A stretch of 64,000 nucleotides of DNA from Oopsacas minuta (lineage: Eukaryota; Animalia; Porifera), in contig JAKMXF010000311.1 in NCBI GenBank assembly GCA_024704765.1, positions 186,001-250,000 of the forward strand. The letters run 5' to 3'. This document shows, one piece after another, positions 60,336-64,000 of the stretch (position 1 is the stretch's first letter; every line of letters begins with the position of its first letter). Under the pieces are notes generated by a model that was not told the origin of the DNA, ran no database searches, and saw only the letters and a list, made by a program, of their open reading frames with translations. Made by a program: the position numbers and the translations under genes.

Positions 60336-63323
60336 TGTAAATGCTAAATATGAAACATGAAAATAGTGTCTTAAATAAACCTCATTTGAAATTTCGGCAA
60401 TCAATATTAAGAAAAATAATTCTGCTTTGTTAGAGTGGGGATAGTACAGAACTTAAAATATCTACAGTAAAATCCCATTATAACGAAGTGATTATTTGCT
60501 TCCTATAGCTTGAAAGTAATTGACTTTACTCAGCTTACAACAAAATGAAACCGGGGTTCCTCGCCCTTCGGTATAACGAGAGTTTACTGTAATTCCACAA
60601 ACCGTCAATTGTTGTTGAATTCGTGAGAATTGGAATCGCCAGAAAAATATCAATTAAATTCGAAAATGCAATCAAAGGATTCCTATGAAAAATACTAGAA
60701 TAAAGAAAATAACGCATGGTAAGCAATTCTAATGAAAACCTGTAAAAAGGTCGCAAATGCGTCGCAGGAAGACTTGTGGAATGACTAGAAGGCAAAAAAT
60801 TATCTAACAATTTCTCCAAAATAGATTGTTAAGATCTTGTGCTGGAATTTACATATTCATTCGAAAAAATAGATTCCCTCAATCACGAATACGCAAGACA
60901 TGCGAAATAAATAAACAGCTGTCTCATACAGCTGCTATATAAGTTCATTATGGATATCTCACTTTGATAGAGTAAAATCTTTACGTATGTAATCGAAGCA
61001 AATTTATGCATAAATAAGATATTTACTAAACATCTGGATGGTTTGCTATAAGATAGCCAAAATATTTCTTTGTGACATATATAACACGAGGAATAGTTAG
61101 TTGATATAATGTAGCGAACATTTCTATGATTATTCAACAAAAATGAGTATCAACCTTCAAGCCTTGAAGATCGTGAAGAAATTATTCAAAAGTTCTTCAA
61201 AAAATCGGGAAAGAATTGGGAAATGAATTTGTTAGTAAACAAGGAAACATTGTCGAAAAGTAATACATTTTGTTATTAAACTTATATTTCTTACAAAGGC
61301 CATTATGTTTCTCTCTGCTAGATCTTTAGAGGTTTAGCAAAATATTCATATGCAGTCAGAGGGAGTTTCAAAAATGTATAAATTAAGAAATGATCAATTC
61401 ATGGTGAATCGAAACATGGCTGTATGTGTTCTTGGTCGGGAGGATTTTAACCGACCAACTTTGAGTGTTCAAACACAGAGTGAGAATCGGCTTCACTTTT
61501 CAGAACCAGACTGGACCCAGTTCCAAATTCAAGGTTAAGTAGTATGGGTCACCATGACCAATTCAATATTGCATGCTTATGATGCTACGAGATTGCGAGT
61601 AATGCATGCACCTGGGGTTATAGTATAACAAATTCATGATATTACTAGTTATAGAATTACAAATTAGTTTACGTATACCATACATCTCTTCAGTCACCCC
61701 TGTCATCAGCATAATGCAAAAACTACATTGAGTGCGCAAGGATGGTTTCATCATTAGAGATATTGAATGAACCAATCATCCAATACAATTTTATTTTAAC
61801 CTGTAAGATTAAGTAAATATGGGTTTATTACAACAGTTATGACTAATGTAGCTTCAAATATTAACAGATGTGCGCATTAGGATAAATTCACGAATAATTG
61901 CATTACCCAATCAAAATATGTAACACAATAATGAATCAATCCAATCTTATTACAATGAATTATTTATCGTCAAAACACCTTATGGAAACTAATCTATTTG
62001 AATAATTGATTATTGAAGATATCGCTGCTAGTAATTTACTATATTATTGCCTTCAGATAGAATCAAAACAAAGGTTACCTCAATATACTAATGACAAATT
62101 ACAGGCAAGGAAATATACAGATGTTCATATGATATATATTCGTTCTTGGAAAAGGTGATCTCGCAAGTAAAAACTAGACAATAGATAAATAGGTGATAAC
62201 TTTAAAGATTAGATGAATGCTAGCCCATACTGCCATGAATTATCAGTAATTGCATTACGTTACACGACAGAATAAATGTTTCAGTGATAATATATGATGC
62301 AGTATGTTAGCAGTTCATGAATGAATTGTTTTAGGTGGCTGTGAATTTATGTAGAAATTCGAAGCCGATTTTCTGAGTTTGGTCGTTCCATGGTCCCAGT
62401 TTTCCCTCCAATTTCGGGTAGCAAGGCATCTGACAGGGGATAAGACAAAAATCCTGGGGCTGTTTTTATTGACAAATTTACTCCCAAAATTCGCGAGGTA
62501 TTCCGCGGGGAGGCACTCAAAATGATTTTTCCGGAGGGGTTTGATGCAAAAAGGACAAAAATCCGGGGAGTAATCTCTCGGATCCCTAAGAGGGAATACT
62601 GCTTGCTCCAGGAGTAATGAACAGATTGTTTTTGGATTATAGTTCCATAAATTGCAATTATTTCCTTATAATTCAGTTAGCAACACGATCATTATGTAAT
62701 TGTATTGTTTCGAAAAGCAAAAGTAATGCAAGACATATTCAGCTATAAAGGCAGCATGTAAAACAAAGCTGTCAATAAATAGAATTCTATGAATGCACAA
62801 AAGCCATAATTCAGAACAAAAGATTCTATATTTCACCCATAGGAATACATGATAGAAAAAATCTACAGAGCAACCTTATCTATAGTATATAGTGGTCAGC
62901 ACTGAATGCAAGAAGTGTATGCATAGACTTTATCCATGTGTTCTATGCACTTACATGCTTTTGCAAATAAGAAAACCTGATGAACTTAGTGATTTTCTCC
63001 GATAAAATTATTGTTTAAATATATAACTAGTTTCCGTTAACATAATTTTCTAGAATAACATACAGATAGTGAGTAACATTTGGCACAATAGCTTGACACA
63101 TTCAGTGGTAGTGTACCTATTGCATATAGGGAAATGATGTAACAGTTTATAGTGTGTATTTTCCAGTGCCCTCAATATTCACATGTCAATATCAGCGACC
63201 GATAATATTAATCTTCCGATTGGATAACTCAACGCGAGTTGTCTTAAATTGAAAAACAAATATTCTTAGTTCATACCAACCCTCCTGGATCATTGGACTA
63301 CCCCGGGAATTTACAATAAATTC

Positions 63324-63375
63324 AGGGAAGAGTTTGAGAATCCAAGGGAAGAGTTTGAGAATCCAAGGAAAGATT
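63324..63375. repeat. 21-bp tandem repeat (about 2.5 copies) inside a MITE
   Basis: gggaagagtttgagaatccaa repeated. Confidence 0.8.
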
Positions 63376-63616
63376 TGCAAATTTATGTGCTTTTGCCTGA
63401 AATTACTATTTATTGGATATATAACTTGGGAATTCAGGGAATTTGTCGAAAATCTCGGGATTTAGTAACAAAAATCCTGGGAAATTATAATAATGGGTTG
63501 ATAAGTATGCTAGTTATATGTCCATAGAGGCAAACCTGGCGCCTCACCAATCCGTGAGATTCGGCATCTATGTAAATGTGCTGTATTAACCAGTTTGAAT
63601 TTCATAGCAAGAAGAT

Positions 63617-64000
63617 ATGGCTGCTCAAAAAGAAAGAGGAAGCACGTTCTCATTTTGGTCACACTCAAGTACACGCCACACGAGCAAACAAGCAGCAGTT
63701 GATATATCCGGAACAGATTCACTACGAGCTGAATTGAGAGGAAATATCTCTGAACTTAAGAACTTAAGTTCAAATAAGAACAGCATGGGGCGATTCTCAA
63801 ACTCAACTGAAAACTTGGCTGAATCTATAGATGAAGATGGCATTCCAATACTACCACCACCTCCTACTTTCCTGGGTCGTATTCTAAGAAGCATTGAAAA
63901 AAGCGAATTTCAAGAGTTGGTGGATCAGATTCCAGATGAGAAGCCGTTAAGTAGGGACGAGATGAACTTTTTAAATGGTAACAAATTTTCTAGCATAGAA
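63617..64000 (+). CDS. Hypothetical protein, 5' part, open to the window end (MAAQKERGSTFSFWSHSS...IPILPPPPTFLGRIL...NKFSSIE)
   Basis: 128 codons without a stop from ATG 63617 to the edge, so it is absent from the ORF track. It is preceded by a ttcatag acceptor-like site. No family recognised. Confidence 0.6.
   Translation, partial: MAAQKERGSTFSFWSHSSTRHTSKQAAVDISGTDSLRAELRGNISELKNLSSNKNSMGRFSNSTENLAESIDEDGIPILPPPPTFLGRILRSIEKSEFQELVDQIPDEKPLSRDEMNFLNGNKFSSIE

Noticed and set aside
62340-62620. Relatively GC-rich intergenic block with repeated gacaaaaatcc(t/g)gggg
   Set aside because: Probably a repeat fragment; no ORF, clear termini or second copy in this window to support a call.
1-64000. 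CRISPR arrays, rRNA, tRNA, or intact transposase/retroelement ORFs
   Set aside because: None seen. The periodic structure at 27-46 kb is exon-level protein-domain repetition in a eukaryotic gene, and the repeats found are non-autonomous.

Overview
AT-rich, compact eukaryotic genomic DNA with short spliceosomal introns from an early-branching animal. The gene content and layout suggest a sponge, possibly a hexactinellid; this is an inference. The ORF track fragments most genes, so I rebuilt exon structures by hand from GT/GC-AG sites and checked frames. In order: POC5 (5' part, -); neurofibromin NF1 (one 8.26-kb coding exon, -); short-form RNase Z/ELAC1 (-), apparently nested antisense in intron 1 of adhesion GPCR A (+; 6 SRCR-like, 3 FN3, 2 Ig, GAIN/GPS, 7TM); a giant adhesion GPCR B (-; 37 exons, 30 SRCR-like domains of two alternating types, one with a 12-Tyr homopolymer, then Ig, GAIN/GPS, 7TM; about 3,955 aa); adhesion GPCR C (-), whose N-terminus matches the Delta/Jagged Notch-ligand C2 (MNNL) domain plus the first half of a DSL domain; FAM149 (-); a SLC15/POT transporter (+); an LYR-motif protein (-); WDR54 (-); and an unidentified ORF running off the right end (+). 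Several MITE families lie in introns and spacers. The most notable system is a 41-kb cluster of three paralogous adhesion GPCRs that share a 7TM core but carry very different ectodomains.
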